Positions 13,662 through 24,969 of a stretch of DNA of 64,000 bases are shown here, piece by piece. Position 1 is the stretch's first letter. Each line of letters opens with the position of its first letter. Origin of the DNA: Octopus sinensis (lineage: Eukaryota); NCBI RefSeq assembly GCF_006345805.1, contig NC_042998.1, positions 20,088,001 to 20,152,000 of the forward strand. Direction: 5' to 3'. The notes under the pieces are model-generated. The model was not told the origin of the DNA. It saw only the letters and a program-made list of their open reading frames with translations, and ran no database searches. A program made the position numbers and the translations under genes.

Positions 13662-13910
13662 TAAATAAATGGCACAACGAAGTACCGATATTTACTGGAA
13701 AATAGCGAACGTATTAAAAACGACGCTAATGTATAGCTTCACTGCGTATGTACAAGCAAAAATGCGTGTGTGCAACAAACATGAAAAATTGTCTTACCAC
13801 TAGGGAGAACATCTGAAAAATGAAATACCTAGAAATGCGGTACCGGTTTCAGATTTTTCAAAATATGTCTGCCCACATATATTTGATTTATCCTCATCAA
13901 CCACATATAC

Positions 13911-13956
13911 CTCGACAATATTTCAAATGTTGCCACATCTATGCCAGTACACTCGA
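13911..13956 (-). CDS. Candidate exon (46 nt, phase 1-2): xECTGIDVATFEILS(R)
   Basis: Pyrimidine-rich acceptor ...ttttgacgttcag and donor GAG|gtatat. Phase-compatible with both 12999 and 12281. Confidence 0.3.
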
Positions 13957-14115
13957 CTGAACGTCAAAACGTTGACAGAACGAGAACAGTGAAGAAGTTT
14001 CAATGAAAATAGTAATGCAATATATATATACGAATGTGTGTATGTTTCTGTGTGCATGTGTGGTGTATGTTTCTGTCTGTCATTCAACATATAAACAACG
14101 CAATATAGGAATAAT

Positions 14116-14187
<72 letters not shown>

Positions 14188-14701
14188 TATGATATGATAT
14201 ATAATAATATAATATAATCGTATATTATAAAAGAAAATCTAATCTCCACATTGTCCGTCCGTAACATCATCTCTGTAGAGAGAGGAAATAAAACGAGAAG
14301 AAAAAAATGTTCTTCAAAGACAAATGCAATGAGAGGAACGGTGTGTGTTTGCGAATGATAGATAAATAGATCCTGTTGTGACCTTAGTAGCTAGCAAAAT
14401 TTGATTAAAAACACGGGAATTTTAGATGCAGATTTGTCAATACAACGCAATACAAACTTTAAAAATGACTATATATATATATTAATAATATCAAAGGGTA
14501 ATTAGAAATATTTGAAATTTCTATTACCAGTGGTCTAGCGTGTAAAAATTTAGTCAATAGACCATATATTATTCAAACAAGTACAGTATACATTTAAACA
14601 CACAGTAGGCATCAATCATAGGATTCCTTGCACGCTAGAGAGGACACTTAAATTCCAAACCACTATTAGGGATAAAATTTTGAAGGGGATGAAAAATAAG
14701 A

Positions 14702-14998
14702 AGATTTACCATCTAACTCCTGGACCAATGATTTCAGACATTTTTAGCAAATAGAATAATTTTTCTGGAAAATTTTCAAAGTGAAAAGCCGGCATTTTAT
14801 TTACTGCCGACAAGGAGCTGCGCTTGCGCGGTAGATTTTAAAAATTAGAATGCATAAGCACGGGGCATATACTGGATCGCCTCATGTATGTATATTTAAT
14901 CTAATGTGTACCTGCTGAAGAAGACTTCGCCTAGCAAATTATTTTATTTGCTTAAAAAGACTGAAACTATTGGTCCAGGAGTTAGATGGTAAATATTT
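14702..14998. repeat. Inverted repeat pair of about 30 bp (14702-14731 and 14969-14998)
   Basis: AAGATTTACCATCTAACTCCTGGACCAAT versus ATTGGTCCAGGAGTTAGATGGTAAATATT. Confidence 0.75.
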
Positions 14999-15586
14999 TT
15001 ATTTTTCATTCTCTTCGAAATACTGACGACACAACGCAGACTCTAAAAACAGGCTTTGACTTTGAACATTTTATGAAGTTACGAGCATGGTTAACAAATA
15101 TTTTTGCTGGCAACGGAACGACGGGTTACAACCTAGTATTTGTAAAGAGCAATCACTACTTTCGGTATCAAAACCTCGAGGAGAATATTTTGCTACCCAA
15201 TACCGAACTTTGCTTAACTGCATTAAAAATACAGAGGCCAACGAGGGTTCCATTCTTTGACCTACGACATGCTAGCTAAATATAGCAGCCAAACCTCTCT
15301 CAAGTTACTTTCTGCCATTTGGAAAATATCATTCACGTCACTTAATGTCTGACTAATGCAATGAAAGGTTTCCCTTCGAGAAATTCGAGTAGACTATGTT
15401 CAGTCAGTGCTTATACGCTGCCAGACAACATCAAGATGATTCGAGTAAAAAATGCATTTGAAAATATTCCAATATAAGTATTTATGTATCTACGAATATA
15501 TGTTACTAAGTAGGCATGTACGTTTGAATCTATGTATGTATGTATGTATGCATGCATGCATGTATTTATGTACGTATATATGTAGT

Positions 15587-15808
15587 AGTTGTTGTTGTTG
15601 TTGTTGTTGTTAGGCAACAAGACGGGTAACGGTGATTAGGTAATGCTCTAGGGCTTACGGGCGGGAGACCCCAGACCTTGGAAAATTAAACTTTGGTCGT
15701 CTTGTTGTAGTCGAGGGTTCTTCGTTGACGCCCGAAACCACTGGGAGGTGGCCCTCGAAGTCGCTGGAAATGGAGATCTCCAGGTCCAAATTCTTGAACG
15801 GCGTATAT
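15587..15808 (-). mobile_element. 5'-truncated LINE 3' end with (CAA)n tail, clade unassigned
   Basis: GC-rich island. The minus ORF end AVQEFGPGDLHFQRLRGPPPSGFGRQRRTLDYNKTTKV* is followed by a short UTR and (AAC)n. Confidence 0.55.
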
Positions 15809-16059
15809 ATGCATGTGGGTATGTGGTAAGTTAGACAAACTGACAGACGGTTCAGTAGGCAAGACAACAGATATATATATATATATATATATATAGCCGA
15901 AATTGCGAGGATGATCCGGTTCTTGACTGAAGATTAGAGGCTTCGAATGACTCGTCCGTTTTTTGTATCGTCTATTTGAATGTTTTGCGTTCTTGTCCCA
16001 TTTTGTATTTATATATATATATATATATACATACATATATATATATATACATATATATA

Positions 16060-16136
<77 letters not shown>

Positions 16137-16684
16137 CAGAGCACTCTGATCGGTTTCTATACATCATAGCATCTATAAATATATCTGCGTATGTATGTAT
16201 GTTTGTAAAAATGTATGCATACTACTTACGTACACATGAATGTAGGCACATGTGTTTCTGCTTGTTGTATATATGTATAGTTCTTTTAGATGTCATACTG
16301 ATTGCTTGCTAAGCAAATAAAAAATTCCGCTCATTAATGTCAATCCGAATTAAAGTGTATTATGTTAGTTGGCGAACAGCTTGACTTGAAACAAGGAGAC
16401 ATTTCTAAATATTTCACGGAATTTACAAGTAAGCTCCTTCCAGCTTAATTAGACATGAATACTTGCAAACCGACTAAGATAAAGATCAACATATTTCATT
16501 GAATTCAAACTCTTCATTCTGCCGAAAACTGACCATGGATAACACTTATATTAACACTTCTTTCTGCAGGAAAAATAAATTACGCAAGATCATAGCCTAC
16601 TCGAAGTGATTAAAGTTAGAATCAGCTTTGTAAGAAACGAGAAGCTGTACTTTAATCTGAACAATAGACACAGAATAACTACCA

Positions 16685-17200
<516 letters not shown>

Positions 17201-17333
17201 ATGTGTTAGAATGTGTTTAAATTAGGGGTTAACGACTAATTGTACAATGCTTCGGATAGAAATTAACTGACAATGTTGCTTGAATAATTGAGTGTTTTCT
17301 GTCAGTTAATGGTTTACTACACTTTCTCATTAG

Positions 17334-17397
17334 GTCGCATCTTGAATATTTTCGCAAACAACTTGAAAATTTCGCCGCTAATGAAATGTTTCCAACG
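17334..17397 (+). CDS. Candidate exon (64 nt): (R)SHLEYFRKQLENFAANEMFPT, alternative open frame GRILNIFANNLKISPLMKCFQR
   Basis: Acceptor tactacactttctcattag and donor ACG|gtaata. The first frame ends in phase 0, compatible with exon 18272. Confidence 0.35.
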
Positions 17398-17791
17398 GTA
17401 ATATTGATTGCCGAGTTGGATTTTAAAGCAGAGATAACGACTTTGCGTTGATAGATAGGAAGTAGAAACGCTAACGCTGACGGTGTATAAAGGCTGAGAG
17501 TAAAGTAAACTCACAAATTCAGCCGTACAGGTATTTATTTTCTTCTAGCAAGAACAGGTAACACATTGCTAATCCGTTAACAGAATCATTAATTATCGGA
17601 AAAAAAAAGTATTGAAGCATTGCTTCCGGTTTTCTGCGTTCTCTGTCCAAATCCCACTAGAGTGAACTTTATTGTTCTGGTATGAGAGACAATATCCATA
17701 TTCTCCGTCGCCCTTCCAGCTGTCGCGCGCAGGATCAAATTGACGACAAACCAGAATAGGTGTCAGTCTTTCTTCTATTATTTATTCTATT

Positions 17792-18184
17792 GTGGAGGCG
17801 CAATGGCCCAGTGGTTAGGGCAGCGGACTCGCGGTCGTAGGATCGCGGTTTCGATTCCCAGACCGGGCGTTGTGAGTGTATATTGAGCGAAAACACCTAA
17901 AGCTCCACGAGGCTCCGGCAGGGATGGTGGTGATCCCTGCTGTACTCTTTCACCACAACTTTCTCTCACTATTACTTCCTGTTTCTGTTGTACCTGTATT
18001 TCAAAGGGCCGGCCTTGTCACTCTCTGTGTCACGCTGAATATCCCCGAGAACTACGTTAAGGGTACACGTGTCTGTGGAGTGCTCAGCCACTTACACGTT
18101 AATTTCACGAGCAGGCTGTTCCGTTGATCGGATCAACCGGAACGCTCATCGTCGTAACCGACGGAGTGTTTCCAGCCAACCGAA
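17792..18184 (+). mobile_element. SINE family C (tRNA head, tail type i ending GACGGAGTG)
   Basis: A box TGGCCCAGTGG, B box GTTTCGATTCC, and an 11-bp TSD TTTATTCTATT (17781-17791, 18185-18195). Confidence 0.92.
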
Positions 18185-18271
18185 TTTATTCTATTATGAG
18201 CGGGTTCCAACTCGGACCGTAGTAACGAAGTCCACTCGCCACACTGCACGGTCTGTCATCACTGCCCCCAG

Positions 18272-18316
18272 GTCCTAGATATATTCCACGCCAACGTCTA
18301 CAGTCAATTTGTCGAT
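18272..18316 (+). CDS. Candidate 45-nt symmetric exon: VLDIFHANVYSQFVD (phase 0) or GPRYIPRQRLQSICR (phase 1)
   Basis: Acceptor actgcccccag and donor GAT|gtaagt. It is followed by a canonical 75-nt intron with branch ACTAAT and tttgcag at 18391. Confidence 0.5.
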
Positions 18317-18398
18317 GTAAGTGAGACAACGTTTTCCTCTTCTTATATCTCCTTGAAGTGGGTCCCACAAGACTAATCTTGATGTTTGCAGTTCTATT

Positions 18399-18641
18399 CT
18401 TTATTTATTTATGCGCCCTTTTCAAGCCTAGCCAGGCTCATGGGTCCCGTTTCCCGGTTTCTATGGTTACTCAAGAAACAGGAAGAAAGCGTGAGAGAAA
18501 GTTGGCGTGAAAGAGTTCGCCACCACCCCCTGCCGGAGTCCGTCGCACGATAAACACACACAACGCCCGGTCTGGGAATCAAAATCGCGATCCTCCGACC
18601 GCGAGCCCGCTGCCCTAACCACTGGGCCATTGCGCCTCCAC
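18399..18641 (-). mobile_element. SINE family C head with a different (type ii) tail
   Basis: The head is homologous to that of 17792. The tail TAGAAACCGGGAAACGGGACCCATGAGCCTGGCTAGGCTTGAAAAGGGCGC matches the tail of family E at 51810-51860. A 12-bp TSD TG(C/T)AGTTCTATT lies at 18387-18398 and 18642-18653. Confidence 0.88.
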
Positions 18642-18646
18642 TGTAG

Positions 18647-18676
18647 TTCTATTATATGGGCACGAAAACAATTCAC
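18647..18676 (+). CDS. Candidate 30-nt symmetric exon: FYYMGTKTIH (phase 0) or FLLYGHENNS (phase 1)
   Basis: The acceptor ctgtag was supplied by the TSD. Donor CAC|gtaagt. Confidence 0.5.
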
Positions 18677-18817
18677 GTAAGTATGTAACCTAATCATCAA
18701 CGATTGCTAATGAAGACTGTAGATTTAATGTATGTGTGTGCATATGCGTATGATTCTGTGTGTGTGTGTACACAACAGGTGATTGGAAATATTTTTGATA
18801 TTATATATTCATCATGA

Positions 18818-19030
18818 ACGCGGCGAGCTGGCATAAACGTTAGCACGCCGGACCAAATGCTTAGCGGTATTTCGTCTGCCGTTACGTTCTGAGTTCAAAT
18901 TCCGCCGACGTCGACTTTGCTTTTCATCTTTTCGGGTTCGGTGAATTAAGTACCAGTTGTGCACTGGGGTTGATCTAATCGATTGGACCTCTCCCCCAAA
19001 ATTTCGGACCATGTACCTTGGGTAGAAAAT
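18818..19030 (+). mobile_element. SINE family B
   Basis: GCGGCGAGCTGGC head and Meta-like domain. Confidence 0.85.
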
Positions 19031-19502
19031 ATTATATATTCACCATTACATATTTCCGTTTGCTAATGGTGGTTATAAAGTTGTACTTGTAGTTGAAAAT
19101 ATGCAACATTTCTTCTGCGTGTGTATATATATACACACGCAGCACCATGTCAAATGCCATCCACACTCATGCATGCGTACACGCGCACGCGCACGCACAC
19201 ACTCACACACGCACGCGCACACACACGCACACACAACACCATGACAACCACACACACTTGACAAACAGACGCCATCTGACCAAATACTACAGACACACAG
19301 ACACATCTATTCACTCACACGCAGAGAGACACACATATTCACCTCATCCTAACCCCACAATCATTGATGCTTGAAGGAAAGCCAAAAACAGAAAAAAACG
19401 GGTACATCTTTCTCAATTCAACAATTCTGCTAAAACGGACAGGTCAGTAAACAAGCTCGCCTTGAATTCATAATATTCTGTACTGACCCTGAGATGTATA
19501 AT

Positions 19503-19785
19503 ATATTTATTTTAATCTTTTCTGCCCTTTTTTCAAATATTCTCATCATACTGTTGTACTTTCTTATGTCCTTAACATGTCCTTGTTACCAAAGACTGTA
19601 TATATACATGTAATGTGGCAATTTGCAACAACCAATAATTAACGCAACCAAACTTCCAATAATATATTTGTTTTATTCTTTTCTGCCCATTTTTTCAAAT
19701 ATTCTCATCACACTGTTGTACTTCTTTATGTCCTTAACATGTCCCAGTTACCAAAGACTGTATATATACATGTAATGTGGCAATT
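19503..19785. repeat. Direct tandem duplication of a unique AT-rich segment (about 120 bp conserved, about 160 bp period)
   Basis: TTTTCTGCCC...CAAAGACTGTATATATACATGTAATGTGGCAATT occurs twice. Confidence 0.9.
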
Positions 19786-19904
19786 ATGTAAAAAACTTTT
19801 TTGAATTCATAATATTCTATGTTACTTTTGACAATCTTTTTCCAAAGAGTGAAACCGGTTAAGTAAATAAACATCTTTTAAATTGCATTTTCAAACCTTC
19901 TTTC

Positions 19905-19937
<33 letters not shown>

Positions 19938-19940
<3 letters not shown>

Positions 19941-20370
19941 CGCAGGAGTGGCTGTGTGGTAAGTAGCCTGCTTACCAAACACATGGTCCCGGGTTCCCCG
20001 TTTCAGTCCCACTAAATGGCACCTTGGGCGAGTGTCTTCTACTATAGAATCGGGCCGAGCAAAACCTTGTGAGTGGATTTGGGAGACGGAAGCTGAAAGA
20101 AGTCTGTCGTATATATGTATATATAAGTATATATATACGTATATATGTGTGTGTGTTTGTCCCCCTCAACAACGCTTGATAGCCGATGGCGATGTGTTTA
20201 TGTGCCCGTAAATTAGCGGTTCGGCAAAAGACACCGATAGAATAAGTAATAGGCTTTGTTCGGCCCGAGTCTGTAGTAGAAGACACCTGCCCAAAGAGCC
20301 ACGCAGTGGGACTGAACCCGGAACCATCTGCTTGGTAAGCAAGCAACTTACCACACAGCCACTTCTACGC
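19938..20370. mobile_element. Two SINE A portions joined in inverted orientation
   Basis: A + strand head and body run to about 20255, followed immediately by a minus-strand head (about 20255-20370). Confidence 0.85.
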
Positions 20371-20784
20371 CACGCCTACACCACTCCTACGCCTTTGTAT
20401 ATTAAACACCTTTGCCTGTGTGTGCATGTGTGTGTGCGTGTCTGTGTGCGTGTATGTGTGTATGTGTGTGTTTGTGTGCGAACGTGCCTGTGTACTAAAG
20501 TGTGTGGTAAATATCATTGGAAACCTACACCTTACGGAGTCGTGCAATCTTGCTTACGGTTGGCTGTGTTCAAAGGATGCTTAAAAATTTCCAACAGCTA
20601 ACAGCGCAAACATTTAAACAACACCAATAACCGTCAGCTAATCTCTCCATGTAGTACATAACGTTGTTAAAGTGTTTTCTTCATGCATCAGGAAGTCGGC
20701 TCTAAAATTAAAGTGATATAACCTGGTGATATATTATTAACTTGAAATTTATTCCTATTTAGTATATTTTAATGCTCTGCTCTT

Positions 20785-20844
<60 letters not shown>

Positions 20845-21274
20845 GTTTGGATATGTAGTAAGATGACGAATGATGTGGAATTTTACCGTGAGACACAAGT
20901 TCATCGTTCTTAGCTCCGTTCTTCGCAATTAGTGTTCCGTATAAAATTGCTTATTAAGGCATAAATCCGAGAGTTAATTTGGCAATCGAGGTCAAACATT
21001 TGCCATACATGCAATTAATTTCGATCTGCAAATATTAATGCACAATAAATTCTTCAGCAGGATATATATATATATATATAATATATATATTAATATATAT
21101 ATATATATATATTATATATATAGAATGTTGTATGTATGTATGTATATACATACTACTTACATACATACATACACACACAACATACACACATACATATATA
21201 TATATACATACATACATACATTCATATATATGTATGTATGTATATTTATATATATATATATACATACATACACA

Positions 21275-21305
<31 letters not shown>

Positions 21306-21591
21306 GATATACGTACATATATATATTATATTATATATATATATATATATAGTATATATACACATTTTTTACTTTTTGTAGACTACACATACATTACACG
21401 TGATATTGAATTCGAAAGCAATTATAAAGGCGTGTGTGCGTACGTGTGTTTGCATGTGTGTGTTTGTATGTGCGTGAGAGTGGGCGTTGGTGGGTGTGCA
21501 GTGCACGTGCACGCGCGCGTTTGTGTCTGATGTGATCCATATATAACGTTGATGTCCATTTTGTTCTTTGTTGAAATTCTCATTAAATATT

Positions 21592-22173
21592 GCACAAGGA
21601 TGATGAAAATAGCTCTTCCTTCCCGTTTGAAGGAAGGAGGCGTGACAATATTGACGATAGACTCAGCTGATAAACCGACTCGTCCCACACGTGACAGCAG
21701 TTGTTCGACATAAGCCCACAGGTCGGAAATTGTTGGACACTGAACGAGTGCGTGCAGAACGGTTTTCGTCGCTCTGACCGCATCTCGGCAGGTCGGCCCC
21801 GTGTTTCTCGAGCCGTGTCTGTAGAGCTTATCCCGAACGGGTAGCGCTTCTCGGTAGCACTGCCAGGCCAGGGATCTCTGGAAGTTGTCCATGGGCCCTG
21901 GCCCGAAAGTCGTCCCGAACAGCGGGTCAGGTACTCCTCGTCGACGTCCAGTTCGCCCCGAGCTCGTCGTCGTACCTCCCCTCCACTAAACCCCTATAGA
22001 ATGCTTTGGTTGTGTTGAAGTCACTTAAGGTCGACCCAGGACGGCAGAGTTGCTTGAGAGCAACGCGACACTCGCGGTGCCATTCGCCCTTCCTCGGCCT
22101 CTTTTTGATCCACGACTGCAGTTCGGTCATGGAGACGAGCTGCGGGAAAGCGTGCCTCACAAACGGCGACCAC
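21592..22173 (-). mobile_element. Tx1/L1-clade LINE ORF2 C-terminal fragment (zf-RVT region), frameshifted
   Basis: ...TTKAFYRGLVEGRYDDELG / MDNFQRSLAWQCYREALPVRDKLYRHG...TC...TVLHALVQCP...LWAYVEQLL. GC-rich, and abuts (AGAT)n. Confidence 0.85.
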
Positions 22174-22246
<73 letters not shown>

Positions 22247-22610
22247 TAGATATAGTATGTGTTTGTATACCTTTGTTAATTTGTACATCATTTAAGGCGT
22301 GTAAATAATTGACAAATAGATACATACATACATACATACATACATACATACATACACACACATACATGTATATACCCAGAAATGTGCACAAACATATATA
22401 CTATTTTATATAAATACATATATATATATATGTATGTATGTGAGTGAGTGAGTGAGTGAGTGAGTGAGTGAGTGAGTGAGTGAGTGATGAGTTAGTGAGT
22501 GAGTGAGTGAGTGATTGAGTGAGTGAGTGTGTGAGTGAGTGAGTGAGTGAGTGAGTGAGTGAGTGAGTGAGTGAGTGAGTGAGTGATTGAGTGAGTGAGT
22601 GAGTATTTGA
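22172..22610. repeat. (AGAT)n, (ACAT)n and (GAGT)n microsatellites
   Basis: Direct inspection. Confidence 0.95.
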
Positions 22611-23060
22611 CTTTGAGTGGGGTGAATTTTCCTTATATGGGTTTCAAAACTGTTCTCCCTTTACCATTAAACAAGGCATCAATTACAAAGTGATAATTAA
22701 GTTCTTATGCAAAGAGATGTTTCCACCGTTAATATTCCTTCATTAGAAAACCCTCTCCTGGCTAACTTTTGATGTTATAACGTTCCTAAGACTATCTAAA
22801 ACCCCGAAGGATGTTTCCGCTTGCCACTGATAGACAGCAAAATTTCAATTGCTGTAATTTAATTAAGAAATTATACGTCAAAGTGTTTCTCGTTAAGAAT
22901 ATTTAATTATTCAGATGGTAGACTTGGTGGTGAGGAAATATTTCATTCATATTGAATATAATTTGAAGATTTCTTCTGTCATATCTATTGGTGTATTGTT
23001 ATTATTTATTATACAATATTGATTCTCATTCAGCTCTGTCGGAATGGTTTTCTTTATCAG

Positions 23061-23470
23061 GTGCACGCATAGCTGTGTGGTTAAGAAGCTCACTTTGCAA
23101 CCGCATATGTTCAGGTTCGGTCCCACTGTGGAACACTTCTGGGTAAGTATCATCTGCTATAGTTCACGGCCGATCAATTCCTTTTGAGTGAACTTGGTAC
23201 GCGGAAACTGTGTGGAAACAGATCGTATATATAATATATAACAGTGTGTGTATTTGTTTCTCACCACCACCAACACCACCATTGCTTGACAACCGGTGTT
23301 GCTTTGTATACATTATTTATGTTACTGTAAATATAGCGCTTCGGCAAGAGAGATCGACAGAATAAGTAACAGGCTTAAAAAAATAAATATTAGTGTTGAT
23401 TTGTTCGACTAAATCCATCAAAGGTTCGCCCTTGCATGGCTGCAGTCCACCGACTGAAAGAAGTAACAGA
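23061..23470 (+). mobile_element. Old diverged SINE family A
   Basis: Colinear with but diverged from the family A consensus. Confidence 0.75.
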
Positions 23471-23596
23471 CAAACGATAAGCTATGGTATAGTTCTAAAT
23501 AAATCGAAATAAATGACAGGAATAAGATGCTCTACTGAAGCGTGTCCAAATACTTGGAATGACAGTTTCAGATATGACGCAATATACTTTTACCGT

Positions 23597-24530
23597 AAGG
23601 CGGCGAGCTGGCAGAATCGTTAGCACGCCGGGCGAAATGCGTAGCCGTACTTCGTCTGCCGTTACGTTCTGAGTTCAAATTCCGCCGAGGTCGACTTTGC
23701 CTTTCATCCTTTCGGGGTCGATTAAATAAGTAGCAGTCACGCACTGGGGTCGATATAATCGACTTAATCCGTTTGTCTGTCCTTGTTTGTCCTCTCTGTG
23801 TTTAGCCCCTTGTGGGTAGTAAAGAAATAGGTATTTCGTCTGCGTTACGTTCTGAGTTCAAATTCCGCTAAGGTAGACTATGCCTTTCATCCTTTCAGGG
23901 TCGATAAATTAAGTACCAGTTACGCACTGGGGTCGATGTAATCGACTTGATACCTGTGTCTGTCCTTGTTTGTCCCCTCTGTGTTTAGCCCCTTGTGGGT
24001 AGTAAAGAAATAGAAATAGGTATTTCGTCTGCCGTTACGTTCTGAGTTCAAATTCCGCTGACGTAGACTTTGCCTTTCATCCTTTCAGGGTCGATAAATT
24101 AAGTACCAGTTACGCACTGGGCTCGATATAATCGATTTAATCCGTGTGTCTGTCCTTGTTTGTCTCCTCTGTGATTATCCCCTTGTGGATAGTAAAGAAA
24201 TAGGTATTTCGTCTGGGTTCAAATTCTGCCGAGGACGGCTTTGCCTTTCATCCTTTCGAGGTCAATTAAATAATCCTTTTGTCTGTCCTTGTTTGTCCCC
24301 TCAATGTTTAGCCCCTTGTAGGCAAAAAAGAAATAAGAATCTTTAGGACCGCGGGCGAAATGCTTAGCGGTATTTCGTCTGCCGTTACGTTCTGACTTCA
24401 AATTCCACCGAGGTCGACTTTGCCTTTCATGCTTTTCGAGGTTGATAAATTGAGTACCAGTTGCATACTGGGGTCGATCTAATCGACTCCCCCCAATCCC
24501 CCAAAATTCCAGGCTTTGTACCTAGATTAG
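23597..24530 (+). mobile_element. SINE family B tandem array (about 4-5 body units, period about 185 bp)
   Basis: GTATTTCGTCTG restarts at about 23647, 23831, 24019, 24203 and 24370. Confidence 0.92.
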
Positions 24531-24596
24531 AAAAGAAAGAAAAAAGAATATACATTTACCGTAACACTCTTTATATAAATAAAGTATAAATAAGTA

Positions 24597-24835
24597 AAGT
24601 AATCCCTCGACTATCGCGGGTGTTACATTCCAAAACACACCACGATATGTGAAAATCTGCGAAGTAGAAACAGTACTGTACTGCATTTTTTAAAATTATT
24701 TTTATAATTTGTATATATTCATTTTATTATAAATGCCAAACAACACCACGGTGGAATCGACGTATACTCAAATAATAAACCGCGATATATGAACCGCGAT
24801 AGGTAAAACGCGATAGGTGAATCGCGATATTGTGA
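24597..24835 (+). mobile_element. Tigger/pogo-like non-autonomous element
   Basis: Starts (A)AGTAATCCCTCGACTATCGCGG and ends in repeated CGCGATA motifs typical of Tigger termini. The right end is cut by SINE D. Confidence 0.6.
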
Positions 24836-24898
24836 GGCGTAGTGGTTAAGAGTGCGGGCTACTAACCCCAATATTCCAAATTCGATTCCAGGCAGTGA

Positions 24899-24969
<71 letters not shown>

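Noticed and set aside
13798-13812. 15-nt minus-strand micro-exon ATGTTCTCCCTAGTG|gtaaga
   Set aside because: The sequence resembles the repeat arm at 30920-31005, so it is probably transposon-derived.
14986-15279. 97-aa + strand ORF and 60-aa minus-strand ORF in unique-looking DNA
   Set aside because: No motif is recognised, and there is no consistent splice context linking either to neighbouring candidates.
17792-17865. tRNA-like sequence with A and B boxes (also the heads of families A, B, D and E)
   Set aside because: These are SINE heads followed by SINE bodies and TSDs, without a complete acceptor stem, so they are not called tRNA genes.
23520-23594. Cys-containing exon candidate GIRCSTEACPNTWNDSFRYDAIYFY
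   Set aside because: The acceptor is purine-rich, and the GTAAGG donor is formed at the SINE B insertion junction.
23597-24530. CRISPR-like regular repeats
   Set aside because: The units are about 185-bp SINE bodies with no unique spacers, in a eukaryotic context with no cas genes.
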